Position numbers and translations under genes: made by a program. 45,992 nt of DNA from an uncultured bacterium (GTDB lineage: Bacteria > SAR324 > NAC60-12), in assembly GCA_965662235.1 (NCBI GenBank), contig CBFIGY010000023.1, positions 1 to 45,992 on the forward strand. Reading direction: 5' to 3'. The notes below the pieces were generated by a model. The model searched no databases. It worked only from the letters and a program-made list of their open reading frames with translations, and had not been told where the DNA came from. Shown piece after piece: positions 36,639-45,916 of this stretch (positions are counted from its first letter, which is position 1; each line of letters begins with the position of its first letter).

Positions 36639-36712
36639 GACCGAAGCTCCGGAAGCCAGGACCGGTCAGGACACCGGGATCCTGAAAGCTTGGTGAGGCC
36701 GGAGCTTCGGTC
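36639..36712. repeat. Long intergenic stem-loop (14-bp perfect inverted repeat with inner stems)
   Basis: GACCGAAGCTCCGG (36639-36652) pairs with CCGGAGCTTCGGTC (36699-36712); inner TCAGGA/TCCTGA. Confidence 0.8.
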
Positions 36713-36722
36713 AATGCGCCGG

Positions 36723-37715
36723 TTATTGAGCGTAAATCGGTCCTTGAGAGGTGCTGCTGCTGTGGCAGCTTGCACACGATCCGGTGGTGGTCGGCTGCGA
36801 GACCATCGACGTTACCCACCCCTGGTGCTCGACCTGTGGATAGAGCCCCTGACTGAGCTCCGGAACCGACTGAGTCGTGAAGAAGTTTCCTTCGGCATCC
36901 ACCGGCAGGGTCAGCACCTGTGTTCCGCGACCATACGGCTCTGTGTAGAAACTCACCACAGCGTCGCTGTCGAGCAGCGCACTTCCGTTGCGATAGATGC
37001 TTCCGGCAATGGTGAAGGGATGCTCGCTGGCCTCGCTGGTGCTGGTCGTCGTGTGGCAGGAAGCACAGTCTTCGCCAAAGCGATGGCTCTGCAGAGCGCC
37101 CGTGAGGCTGGTCAGCTGCTCTCCAGATTCCCCGTTGCATCCGTCTCCAGAGCCACCTTGTCCGTAGTGCTCCAGCTGGTCATCATGCGGACCGTTCGCA
37201 TCATGCGGGTCGTGCGGATCGTTCGCATCATGCGGGCCTTCCTGTGGAGGATGCCCGGGCCCCTGTTGGTTCGAATCAGAGATGCCTGAATCCGCAACAC
37301 CAACCGAATCGTTGTCGGAACCAGATTGATCCGCGTAACCGGAGCCATCGTAAGAATCGTCAGAACCAGAAGCCGTGCTGCCGGAGTCCGAATTCCCGTT
37401 CCCGGAGCCATAGTGGGAATCCTCATCGGAGTCGTTACGGTTCCAGTCATCGTCATCGTCGTGCCCACGGCTTTCTCCTTCATGGTAACCGGTACGTCCG
37501 TTTTCAGCACCGGAACGGTCCGAAGCCTGAGAGCAGGTCAGAGAGTCGCTGGAAACGCTTTGGTTATCCGAGGAATCGCTAGAGGAGGCGGTTTGGTTGT
37601 CCAACGCCTGCTGCAGGAGCGCACTGAGTTTTTCATCCGCACAGCCTGAAAGCCCGACCAGCAGGCCTAGGGCGGCGCCGGTCATCACGAGCTTGGTCGG
37701 TATCAAAGAAGTCAT
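36723..37715 (-). CDS. Lipoprotein with two CxxCH heme-binding motifs and a long Ser/Asp/Gly/His low-complexity linker
   Basis: RBS GAAAGGA before MTSLIP; lipobox LSGC; CASCH occurs twice in the C-terminal ~100 aa, flanking FTIAGSIY and VDAEGNFFTT. Confidence 0.8.
   Translation of the reverse strand: MTSLIPTKLVMTGAALGLLVGLSGCADEKLSALLQQALDNQTASSSDSSDNQSVSSDSLTCSQASDRSGAENGRTGYHEGESRGHDDDDDWNRNDSDEDSHYGSGNGNSDSGSTASGSDDSYDGSGYADQSGSDNDSVGVADSGISDSNQQGPGHPPQEGPHDANDPHDPHDANGPHDDQLEHYGQGGSGDGCNGESGEQLTSLTGALQSHRFGEDCASCHTTTSTSEASEHPFTIAGSIYRNGSALLDSDAVVSFYTEPYGRGTQVLTLPVDAEGNFFTTQSVPELSQGLYPQVEHQGWVTSMVSQPTTTGSCASCHSSSTSQGPIYAQ
37193..37236. repeat. Intragenic 17-bp direct repeat (27-bp period) encoding PHDAN/PHD repeats
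   Basis: CGTTCGCATCATGCGGG at 37193-37209 and 37220-37236; protein reads GPHDANDPHDPHDANGPHDD. Confidence 0.85.
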
Positions 37716-37832
37716 CTTGGTCCTTTCTCCCAATGGGGAATTCGGGGGGTGTCATCCGTTTCACCATCTGAAGACGGACCAAGCCGTAAGGTTTCAAAAG
37801 GTGCTCCTTGTTTTTCTGAGGAGGACGGGTCC

Positions 37833-38519
37833 TCAGGTCGTTTCTCGACAGGGAGCGCTCCGGGCCATGCCATCGAAGGCGTCGAGCAGCTTTTCCCTCC
37901 AGGCCCACACTGGATCATCCGACGCCAGCACGGGCACCGGCGACGTGCATCGGGCCCACATCAGGCCACTGAAGACCGTGTAATCGGAAACGTTGGGCGC
38001 TGCGCCTCCTAGGAAGGGCTGCACCTCCAGCGTCTTTCGCAGAGGAGCCAGCGCGTTGCGGAACTCCTGAAGCTTGCGGTCCCGGTCCGAGGAAAAGGCC
38101 TCTAGGGACATGCCAAAGCGCTTTTCTCGGGTTTCTCGAAAGTACGCCTGATCCTGCGGGTGCACCGTCTCAAAGACGTCAAACACGATCATCCGGCTCA
38201 GTCCCGGATGCAGGACCATCTCCGTCCAGTACCGAAGGAAGCGGGCCTCGCCCAAGGCCATTCCCAACGAAGGCTCCGGGTAACGCTCGTCCAAGTACTG
38301 CAGGATCTCCCAACTTTCTGTCACCACAGTATCTCCGTCTACCAGAACAGGCACAAGTTCGCTTCCTGAAAAGGAGATTTTTTCCTTCTCAGTCATCCGC
38401 CAGGGGATGCTCTCAAACGGAAGCCCCTTGTGCGCCAGGGCCAAGCGGATGCGCCAGCAGTAAGGGCTGAAGACGTGATCGTCTTGGGTGGCCGCAAGTT
38501 CATAAAGTTGAATGGTCAT
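37833..38519 (-). CDS. Glutathione S-transferase, beta-etherase LigE-like subfamily
   Basis: LYELA......FSPYCWR.R.ALAHKGL, VPVL.DG, ESW.I..YL, YFR.TRE.RFG and FLGG..P...DY motifs; GGAGG RBS before MTIQ. Confidence 0.85.
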   Translation of the reverse strand: MTIQLYELAATQDDHVFSPYCWRIRLALAHKGLPFESIPWRMTEKEKISFSGSELVPVLVDGDTVVTESWEILQYLDERYPEPSLGMALGEARFLRYWTEMVLHPGLSRMIVFDVFETVHPQDQAYFRETREKRFGMSLEAFSSDRDRKLQEFRNALAPLRKTLEVQPFLGGAAPNVSDYTVFSGLMWARCTSPVPVLASDDPVWAWREKLLDAFDGMARSAPCRETT

Positions 38520-38566
38520 GATGCCTCCAGCAGGATTAGGAATAAAAATTAAGGTGCAGGCCACGC

Positions 38567-38596
38567 TTGACCCCCGGTCAGAGGCAAGGCTATGCT
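38567..38596 (+). promoter_or_regulatory. Putative sigma70 promoter with an overlapping TGACC-N3-GGTCA dyad
   Basis: TTGACC (38567-38572), 18-bp spacer, TATGCT (38591-38596), upstream of the pentapeptide-repeat gene. Confidence 0.4.
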
Positions 38597-38629
38597 GGCT
38601 TTCCCCAACAACCTCTACCACGATTGGGC

Positions 38630-39136
38630 ATGGATATCCTCAAGATTCTGGAACAGCACCGGCTTTGGGTGGAAAGTGAACGGACTTCTGGGAAGCAGGC
38701 CAACCTCCAAGGGGCCGACCTCCAGGGACAGGACCTGTCGCAGGCGCTGCTGCTTGGCGCTAATCTGGAGCAGGCCAACCTTCAAGGCGCCAACCTTCAG
38801 GGGGCCGTGCTTCAGCAGGCGAACCTGAGCGGCGCCTGCCTCCAAGGCGCCAACCTGGAACGGGCCAACCTCTGGGGAGCGTACCTGATGCAGGCGGATC
38901 TTCAGGAAGGGTGCCTCCGACGAGCAAAGGCCAAGTTTGCAGACTTCCGGGAAGCCAATCTGCTGCAGACGGACCTTAGGCAGGCCAACCTCTGGGGCGT
39001 GAATTTCAGCGATGCCGTTGTCGCCTCTCCGGAGGAAGCGCCGATGCTGTTTCTCGGCACCAACCTGCAAATGGCCACTTGGACCGACGGCCGCCGCTGC
39101 CTCCGTGGGTCCGTGGGACGCTGTGTTTGGGAGTGA
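38630..39136 (+). CDS. Pentapeptide repeat protein
   Basis: IL..H.LW.....G..A start followed by tandem A(N/D)Lxx repeats; C-terminal W.DG..C...S.G.C. Confidence 0.92.
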   Translation: MDILKILEQHRLWVESERTSGKQANLQGADLQGQDLSQALLLGANLEQANLQGANLQGAVLQQANLSGACLQGANLERANLWGAYLMQADLQEGCLRRAKAKFADFREANLLQTDLRQANLWGVNFSDAVVASPEEAPMLFLGTNLQMATWTDGRRCLRGSVGRCVWE

Positions 39137-40297
39137 TTACAGCCGCACCCAAGAGCCTGCGGCGGCTGAAGACTCCACGCAGGCTTCCAAGAAGCGGACG
39201 CCCTCGGCTCCCTGCTCTAGGGTAGGAAAGTCGGTGGAAAGCGGATCTGGGGTCCGGTCGGCCTTGCGAGCCAGAATGGACTCTGCTACATCCGAGTAAA
39301 CATTTGTAAAGGCCTCAAAGTACCCTTCCGGATGCCCTGCCCCAACGCGCAACAGCCGACGGGCTTCTGGATACAGCTCCGGAGAGTCGAGTTCGAGCAA
39401 ACGCGGGCTTTCTCCCAAACGGGCGTAGTGCAACTGGTTCGGGCGCTCCTGATGCCACTCAATGCCAGCGTCTGTCCCATAGATACGGATCGCCAGGCCA
39501 TGCCGGTGTCCCACAGCGATGCCACTGGCCCAGAGGAATCCGGAAGCCCCGTCGGAGAACCGCATGAGGACGTGCGCGTTGTCCTCCAGCGTCCGTCCCT
39601 CCACAAAGCACTGCCGATCGCACGCCACTTCTGCCACGCTCTGTCCCGTGATGTACGTGGCCAGATGCAGCGCGTGCGTCCCAATGTCTCCCAGCACAAA
39701 CGTTTCTCCAGACTGCAGCGGGTCATTCCGCCACTTGGCACCGGCGCTGTGCTTTTCAACAGCGACCGCGCAGTTCCCGTGGGCAAACTCCGTCTGCACC
39801 ACCCGGATCGCTCCTAAGTCCCCTTGACGCACCATCGCCCGAGCCTGCCGGATCATCGGGTACCCGCTGTAGCCGTACATGGAGGCACAGATCAGGTTCT
39901 TTGCCTTGGCCAACGCAATGAGGTCTTCAGCATCCTTGAGGTTTGTTGTGATCGGCTTCTCCAGAATCACATGCACCCCGGCCTCCAAGAAGGCCTTGGC
40001 AATGGAATGATGGGTTGCATTGGGCGTCATGATGCCGACGACCTCCACACCATCTTCACGGGCCTGCTCGCCCTGCACCATGGCCTCATAGTCGGGATAC
40101 ACCCGACTTGCCTCCAGCCCCAAGCGGTCGCCAAACTCACGTCCGGACTGCGGGTCAATGTCGAAGGCCCCGGCAACCAAGTCGTAGCAGTGGTCCCAGG
40201 CCAATGCCACCCGATGGCTGTCGCCGATTTGACTGGTGGCTCCGCCTCCGATCATGCCGTAACGGAGCGGGCGGACTTTGCGAAATTGGTTGTGCAT
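39137..40297 (-). CDS. Gfo/Idh/MocA family oxidoreductase (inositol-pathway associated)
   Basis: GMIGGG..S.IG..HR, TPN..H, EKP, DIGTHA and GHPEGY.EAF.N.Y motifs; last gene of the iol run. Confidence 0.9.
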   Translation of the reverse strand: MHNQFRKVRPLRYGMIGGGATSQIGDSHRVALAWDHCYDLVAGAFDIDPQSGREFGDRLGLEASRVYPDYEAMVQGEQAREDGVEVVGIMTPNATHHSIAKAFLEAGVHVILEKPITTNLKDAEDLIALAKAKNLICASMYGYSGYPMIRQARAMVRQGDLGAIRVVQTEFAHGNCAVAVEKHSAGAKWRNDPLQSGETFVLGDIGTHALHLATYITGQSVAEVACDRQCFVEGRTLEDNAHVLMRFSDGASGFLWASGIAVGHRHGLAIRIYGTDAGIEWHQERPNQLHYARLGESPRLLELDSPELYPEARRLLRVGAGHPEGYFEAFTNVYSDVAESILARKADRTPDPLSTDFPTLEQGAEGVRFLEACVESSAAAGSWVRL

Positions 40298-41190
40298 CAG
40301 ACTCCTGCATGCTCGCGGATGTAGGTTCGGGCCAACTTGGCGTACTCCAGCGGATTGGCCTGATCAGGATCCTGCTCGGCCTCCACAACCATCCACCCCT
40401 CGTAACCACTCCGGGACAGCTCCGCAAAGATCGGGTCAAAGTCGATGCACCCGTCTCCGGGCACCGTGAAGGCACCAGCCTTGACCGACTCCAGGAAGGT
40501 CATCTTTTCTGCATGAACCCGATCGAGCACCTCCTGCCGGATGTCCTTGAGGTGGACGTGCTTGATGCGCGAGGCGTACTTCCGGGTTAGGGCCACCGGG
40601 TCGTCTCCAGCGTAATAGGCGTGTCCGGAGTCCATGAGCAGGAAGACGGCTTCCGGATCCGTCATCTCCATGATGCGGTCGGTCTCAGCAGCCGTTTGCA
40701 CCATGGTGCCCATGTGGTAGTGGTAGGCCATGTACATGCCGTTTTCCCGGGCTAGGCGCCCGAGCACGTTGAGTCCCTCAGCCACCTGTTGCCACTGTGC
40801 ATCCGAGTAGCTCGGACGGTCAAAGACGTGCTTGGGGCCTCCCTGCACGCAGCTTCCGCACTCGCACACGTTGACACGGGTGGCGCCGTTGGCTTTCAGA
40901 AAGTTCATGTGCCGGATGAAGCCCTCAACGGTTTCCTGCGTCCGGCCGGCTTCACTGAAGAAGGTGCTGAACCAGGCGCTGGCGACTTCTAGGCCATGCT
41001 GAGCCAGAGCCGGACGGAGCACCTCCGGATCCTTCGGGTACTTGTTGCCAACCTCGGTTCCAATGAAGCCGGCTTCTGCCATTTCGGCAATGCACTGCTC
41101 AAACGGAATGTGCCCTCCGAGCTCCGGGAGGTCGTCGTTGGTCCAATTGATGGGGGCAATGCCCAGCTTGACTGCGTTTTCAGCGAACAT
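40297..41190 (-). CDS. iolE: Myo-inosose-2 dehydratase
   Basis: GIAPI.WTNDD.P.LG, G.E.G.KYP, YH.HMGT, HVHLKD.R, FTVPGDG.IDF and VVEAEQDP motifs; GGAG RBS before ATG at 41190. Confidence 0.95.
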   Translation of the reverse strand: MFAENAVKLGIAPINWTNDDLPELGGHIPFEQCIAEMAEAGFIGTEVGNKYPKDPEVLRPALAQHGLEVASAWFSTFFSEAGRTQETVEGFIRHMNFLKANGATRVNVCECGSCVQGGPKHVFDRPSYSDAQWQQVAEGLNVLGRLARENGMYMAYHYHMGTMVQTAAETDRIMEMTDPEAVFLLMDSGHAYYAGDDPVALTRKYASRIKHVHLKDIRQEVLDRVHAEKMTFLESVKAGAFTVPGDGCIDFDPIFAELSRSGYEGWMVVEAEQDPDQANPLEYAKLARTYIREHAGV

Positions 41191-41253
41191 AAGAGGCTCC
41201 AGCGCGAGCACGTTTTGGGGGAAGGCCCCCGCCAGGGGGAGCCGGTCAGTCGA

Positions 41254-43122
41254 TCAGAAGGGGCGAGCCTGTTTGGCCATTGCCTCCATGGATTGGTGAG
41301 ACTCGCGGGTCGCCTCGCACGAGGACACTTCCGGAACCCCAACCCGCCACCAGGACTCGTAACCACCGGTCATGGTGCCGGGCAGCACCTTGATTTCAAT
41401 TAACGTGGAACAGGGTTCCTGCTTTGCAGCCTCGAGGCAAGCTTTGAGTTCGTCAACGGTCTCTGCCCGGAAGGTTTTGGCCCCCAAGGCTCCGGCATAC
41501 TGTCGGAAGTCCACTGCGGTGACCTGTCCGGTCAGGCGTCCGGTGCTCGCTTCTCGCTCCCGGAACTCGTTGCCAAACCCAACGCTGCCGTGAGCCATCT
41601 GCAGGTTCTTGATGCACTGGTAGCCGTGGTTGTCGAGCAGCACCACTGTCACCTTCACGCCTTCCTTGAGGCTGGTCAGCAGTTCCGAATGAAGCATCAG
41701 GAAGCTGCCGTCTCCGACAATCGCATACACCTGCCCCTTCTCCAGCGCCAGCTGGGCCCCCAAGGCTCCAGGGACCTCGTAACCCATGCACGAGTAGCCA
41801 TATTCCATGTGATAGCTCTTGGGCGTCTCGCACCGCCACACCCGGTGCAGGTCTCCCGGAAGCGAGCCTGCAGCACAGAGGATCACGTCCTCTGGACCCA
41901 GAGCTTCATTCACTGCACCGACCACCGCCATCTGGTGGTTGCCTTCCGGAGCCTCTAGGGCATAGAGGCGATCCACTTCGGCATTCCACTCTGCCTGCAC
42001 CTCTGCCACGCGTTCCCGGTAGGCGCCCTCGGTTTGATAACCAGACTGCTGCAGCGCGGTTTGGAGCTGTTCCAGGCCCGCCTTGGCGTCTGCCTGAAGC
42101 ATCACCCCGTTCATCTTGACTGCATCAAACGAGGCCACGTTCAGCCCAAGCAACGTCAGGTCCGGGTTCTTGAAGGCCAACTTGGACATGGTGGTGAAGT
42201 CTCCCAGGCGTGTCCCAATCGCCAGCACCAGGTCGGCTTCTGCCGCCAGCTTGTTTGCGGCAGACGTGCCGGTCACCCCAAGGCCCCCGACGCTCATGGC
42301 ATCCTTCCAGCTCATGGCGCTCTTTCCAGCCTGAGACTCGGCAACCGGAATGCCAAAGGTGTCGGCAAACGTCCGCAACGTTTCTGCCGCCAAGGAGTAA
42401 TGCACACCGCCTCCGGCCAGAATGAGGGGCTTCCGAGACGCCTGGATCGCCGCGACCGCTTCCTGCAGAGCACGCTCCGAGAGCGTCCGCCGATCAAGGT
42501 GCCACACCCGTTTTTCAAAGAATGTCTCCGGGTAGTCATAGGCCTCCGCCTGGGTGTCCTGAGGCAGGCACAGCGTCACGGCGCCGGTCTCAACCGGATC
42601 CGTCAGCACCCGCATGGCATTGAGGGCCGCTGGCATCAGCTGCTCCGGACGCAGCAGGCGGTCCCAGTAACGGCTGACGGGGCGGAAGGCATCGTTGGCG
42701 TTGATGGTTCCATCCCACGGGGTCTCAATCTGCTGAAGCACCGGGTCCGGCTGGCGGGTGGCAAAGATGTCTCCTGGCAGCAAAAGCACCGGAATGCGAT
42801 TGACCGTCGCCGTCGCTGCGCCAGTGATCATGTTGGTGGCGCCCGGACCAATGGAGGACGTGACCGCGTAGATCCCCAGCCGGTTCTTCTGCTTAGCAAA
42901 CGCCGTGGCGGTGTGCACCAGCCCTTGCTCGTTGTTGCCCTGAATGTACTTGAGGCTCGTGCCTCCGTATTCTAGAGCCTCGCCTACTCCCGTCACGTTG
43001 CCATGGCCAAAGATCCCCATCACCCCATGCACAAACTTGTGCTCGGTGCCATCGACCTCCAGGTACTGCTGGTCGAGAAAGCGCATTAGGGCCTGAGCCA
43101 GGGTGAGGCGGATTGTCTTCAT
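41254..43122 (-). CDS. iolD: 3D-(3,5/4)-trihydroxycyclohexane-1,2-dione acylhydrolase
   Basis: TIRLT.AQAL..FL..QY, GIFGHGNV, TSSIGPGA.NM, EYGYSCMGYE, GDGSFLM and SWW.V motifs. Confidence 0.96.
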   Translation of the reverse strand: MKTIRLTLAQALMRFLDQQYLEVDGTEHKFVHGVMGIFGHGNVTGVGEALEYGGTSLKYIQGNNEQGLVHTATAFAKQKNRLGIYAVTSSIGPGATNMITGAATATVNRIPVLLLPGDIFATRQPDPVLQQIETPWDGTINANDAFRPVSRYWDRLLRPEQLMPAALNAMRVLTDPVETGAVTLCLPQDTQAEAYDYPETFFEKRVWHLDRRTLSERALQEAVAAIQASRKPLILAGGGVHYSLAAETLRTFADTFGIPVAESQAGKSAMSWKDAMSVGGLGVTGTSAANKLAAEADLVLAIGTRLGDFTTMSKLAFKNPDLTLLGLNVASFDAVKMNGVMLQADAKAGLEQLQTALQQSGYQTEGAYRERVAEVQAEWNAEVDRLYALEAPEGNHQMAVVGAVNEALGPEDVILCAAGSLPGDLHRVWRCETPKSYHMEYGYSCMGYEVPGALGAQLALEKGQVYAIVGDGSFLMLHSELLTSLKEGVKVTVVLLDNHGYQCIKNLQMAHGSVGFGNEFREREASTGRLTGQVTAVDFRQYAGALGAKTFRAETVDELKACLEAAKQEPCSTLIEIKVLPGTMTGGYESWWRVGVPEVSSCEATRESHQSMEAMAKQARPF

Positions 43123-43167
43123 GTTTCCTCTGTGGTGAAGGGTCAGTCGTCGAGAAGTAAGGGTGGG

Positions 43168-43971
43168 TCAGCGTTTGACGATCCACTCGTGTTCAGGAGC
43201 ATTCTTAAAGTGCCACACCCGGGTGGGCCCTGCCATGACGTTCAGGTAATAAAGGTCGTATCCGTGCGGAGCTCCCACTGGGTGGTAACCCCGGGGAACC
43301 ATCACCACGTCCCCGTCGTGCACGGTCATGGTCTCGTCAATGGAGCCGTCGTCGGTGTAGACCCGTTGGAAGGCAAACCCCTGTGGCGGATTGAGGCGAT
43401 GGTAGTAGGTTTCTTCCAGAAAGGACTCTTCCGGAATGTTGTCGGAATCGTGCTTGTGCGGAGGGTAGCTGGACCAGTTGCCGTTTGGCGTGATGACCTC
43501 CACCACAAGGAGGCTGTCTGCGGGTTCCGTCTCAGGGAGGATGTTGCACACGTGCCGCGTGTTGGTTCCCTGTCCACGGGTTTCTCGGCTCATCGTGTTC
43601 GGGTCGATCAACCGAGCAGCGTGGTTGCCGTGTCCGGGCGCTCGGCAGACAGCCAGCTCCAGCTCGGTGGTGGCTGTCACCTCAAAGGCGTCTCCGTTGG
43701 GGACGTACACGGCATAAGGACCCTTGTCCTCAAAAACGCTCATGCGGTCACCAAGGTCGCTCCATGAGGTCTCCCGGGTTGCCACATGGGCCTTCCCGGT
43801 CACGAGCACCAGGCAGACTTCTGCAGATCCGGTTTCCTGCTGCACCTGCTGGCCGGGTTTGAGCTGGAAGACCTCAAAGCCAACGTGCTTCCAACCGGCA
43901 GACTCCGGGGTAATCGACTGGACGCGTCCGAGCGCGTCCGGGGTGTGGGGGCGGCTGAGTAGATGGGGCAT
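43168..43971 (-). CDS. iolB: 5-deoxy-glucuronate isomerase
   Basis: TPE.AGW..VGF, EV.TP.GNWSSYPPHKHD, LEETYY, GF.FQRVY, GYHP and YYLNVMAGP motifs. Start at MPHLL, not the ORF-track start. Confidence 0.96.
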   Translation of the reverse strand: MPHLLSRPHTPDALGRVQSITPESAGWKHVGFEVFQLKPGQQVQQETGSAEVCLVLVTGKAHVATRETSWSDLGDRMSVFEDKGPYAVYVPNGDAFEVTATTELELAVCRAPGHGNHAARLIDPNTMSRETRGQGTNTRHVCNILPETEPADSLLVVEVITPNGNWSSYPPHKHDSDNIPEESFLEETYYHRLNPPQGFAFQRVYTDDGSIDETMTVHDGDVVMVPRGYHPVGAPHGYDLYYLNVMAGPTRVWHFKNAPEHEWIVKR

Positions 43972-43987
43972 GATGAAACCTTCTAAT

Positions 43988-45916
43988 TTAGGGCGCGTAC
44001 GCGTTCCACAGTTCCAGCAACTGCTGATACCGTTCGGCAATGATCGAGGGGACGTCTTCCGCAGAGAGGCTTCCGGCAGCAAAGGCCTCCCACGGCTCCC
44101 AGAAGATGCTGCGGCCAATGGCAAATCCGCACGCATGCGGCGTCGCCCGGAAGAGTCGGAAGCTTTCCCGAAACTCGTCCAGGGGGGCATTCTTGCCCAA
44201 CACAATCACGCCGGCATCCGGGTCATACTGATTCAGGACCTGCGTCACTTCCGCCCAGTCGGCAGCTGAGTCGAGGGCCATCACCTTCCACCAGAATGGA
44301 TGGATCTGCGCGTCGTACACAGCAGCCATTGCCTGAGCCAGGGCGGCACCGGTCTCCGGAAGGGACTCGGGCAGAATCAGCTCCAGCATCAGGCGACGGT
44401 CCAGCTCCCGACAGACAGACTCCAGACGAGCCAGCTGCCGAAGCTGCTGCGCCTTCTGTTCATCAGAGAGGTCAGGGTGGAAGTGCCAGAGAACCTTCAC
44501 AAACCACTCACTCGGGCGCTTGAGGAGGTGCTGGTAGAGTTCCTCTCCACACAGCCACTCCACCGGAAAGGACCCGGCCCGTTCCACCGGAGCCCCAACC
44601 GCATAGGGCGCATAAGCAGAGTCTTGCAGAATCGTGCTGCCGTACTGCGGATCGACCAACAGCGCTAGGGGCAGCTCCGGATTCTGTGCCACCACCTTGA
44701 GGAATCCCTGATGCACCTGCTGCTTGAAAGCGGAGATGCGGCTTTCCGGAATGTTGAGGCGCTGGCAGGTTTCCTCAAACTGCCGCCGGTGGTCAAAGGC
44801 GAGAACCAGCAGAGGGTGCTGGCGTGGAAAGCCCAAAACGGTCTGCTGATGCCGCCGGAGCAGCTCCGGACTCTGCAGAACCTCGGGGTCTTCATCAAAC
44901 CGCTCAATCAGGTACTGCAGCTCTGAAAACGAAGCCATCGCCGGCGCACAGCCGTGGCGGGTGACGGTTAAGGCGCCGTTGGCATTTCCCCAAAGCGCAC
45001 AGGTCTCCAGCGCCTCTCCTCGGAGCCACCCCCGGAGGAATCCGGACGCAAACGCGTCACCGGCCCCCAGCACATTCAGGACTTCAATGGGAAACGGGCG
45101 GGCCGTGCGGGGTTCCGGATGTCCGGGCTCGTACACTTCGCAGCCGTGCTCCCCACGCTTGAGCACCACCGTGGCGCTGGACGCGGCCCGGATGACCTCC
45201 AGAGCGGATTCCAGAGACTCGGTGCCACCGGCAATCAACACCTCCTCTTCGGTGCCAATGATCAGGTCCAGCTCCGGAAGCAACGGAAGCAGCTCCTGCG
45301 TCACCGCGCTGGAAGCCACAAAGCGGTTTTCGCCGTCACCTGCAGCTGTAAGCCCCCACAGCACCGGCCGATAGTCGATGTCCAGAATCACAGCGCATCC
45401 GGAGGCCTTGGCCACTTGGACCGCCTGCAGGGTCGCGGCACGCATGGACGGCGTGGAAAGTCCGGTGCCCGTGATGAGCAGCGCCTTGGCCTGCTGAAAA
45501 ACGTCTGCACGTGCGTGCTCCGGACGGAGCTGCATGTCGGCGCAGTTTTCCCGGTAAAAGATCAGAGGAAAGCGGTCTGGCGGACTCACTCCAAGCAGCA
45601 CCAAGGCCGTCAGGTGCTCCGGAGTCTCCTGCAGCAAGGTCGTGTCCACGCCTTCGTGCCGAAGCTGTGCCCGGAGGAACTGCCCCATGTCGTCGGTGCC
45701 CACGCAGGAGAACATGGACGATTTCAGCCCCAGCCGGGAGGTGCCCACGGCAATGTTTCCGGCGCACCCTCCGAGGTACCGGCGGAAGCTCTGAGCACTT
45801 TCCAGCGGACTGTGTACCTGCTCGGCATAAAGGTCCACAGCCACACGCCCCATACTGATGAGGTCCAAGGGGCGATGGGCATCAAACGGTCGAGACATGA
45901 TCGTTTTACGTTGCAT
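43988..45916 (-). CDS. iolC: 5-dehydro-2-deoxygluconokinase with C-terminal DUF2090 aldolase-like domain
   Basis: PfkB motifs GR..VDLY, DIDYRP.LW and VLNVLGAGDAF; C-terminal LAFDHR...WWK...GFA.GRSIF domain. Confidence 0.95.
   Translation of the reverse strand: MQRKTIMSRPFDAHRPLDLISMGRVAVDLYAEQVHSPLESAQSFRRYLGGCAGNIAVGTSRLGLKSSMFSCVGTDDMGQFLRAQLRHEGVDTTLLQETPEHLTALVLLGVSPPDRFPLIFYRENCADMQLRPEHARADVFQQAKALLITGTGLSTPSMRAATLQAVQVAKASGCAVILDIDYRPVLWGLTAAGDGENRFVASSAVTQELLPLLPELDLIIGTEEEVLIAGGTESLESALEVIRAASSATVVLKRGEHGCEVYEPGHPEPRTARPFPIEVLNVLGAGDAFASGFLRGWLRGEALETCALWGNANGALTVTRHGCAPAMASFSELQYLIERFDEDPEVLQSPELLRRHQQTVLGFPRQHPLLVLAFDHRRQFEETCQRLNIPESRISAFKQQVHQGFLKVVAQNPELPLALLVDPQYGSTILQDSAYAPYAVGAPVERAGSFPVEWLCGEELYQHLLKRPSEWFVKVLWHFHPDLSDEQKAQQLRQLARLESVCRELDRRLMLELILPESLPETGAALAQAMAAVYDAQIHPFWWKVMALDSAADWAEVTQVLNQYDPDAGVIVLGKNAPLDEFRESFRLFRATPHACGFAIGRSIFWEPWEAFAAGSLSAEDVPSIIAERYQQLLELWNAYAP

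Noticed and set aside
36570..36720. Glycine riboswitch or SRP RNA
   Set aside because: The GGAGA and CCGAAG/CTTTCAGG words do not assemble on one strand in the right order, and the SRP GGAA tetraloop/AGCAG motif is absent.
36209..39136. Genomic island integrated at selC
   Set aside because: No integrase, no duplicated tRNA 3' end seen and no obvious composition shift; TCCGGA sites are still present.
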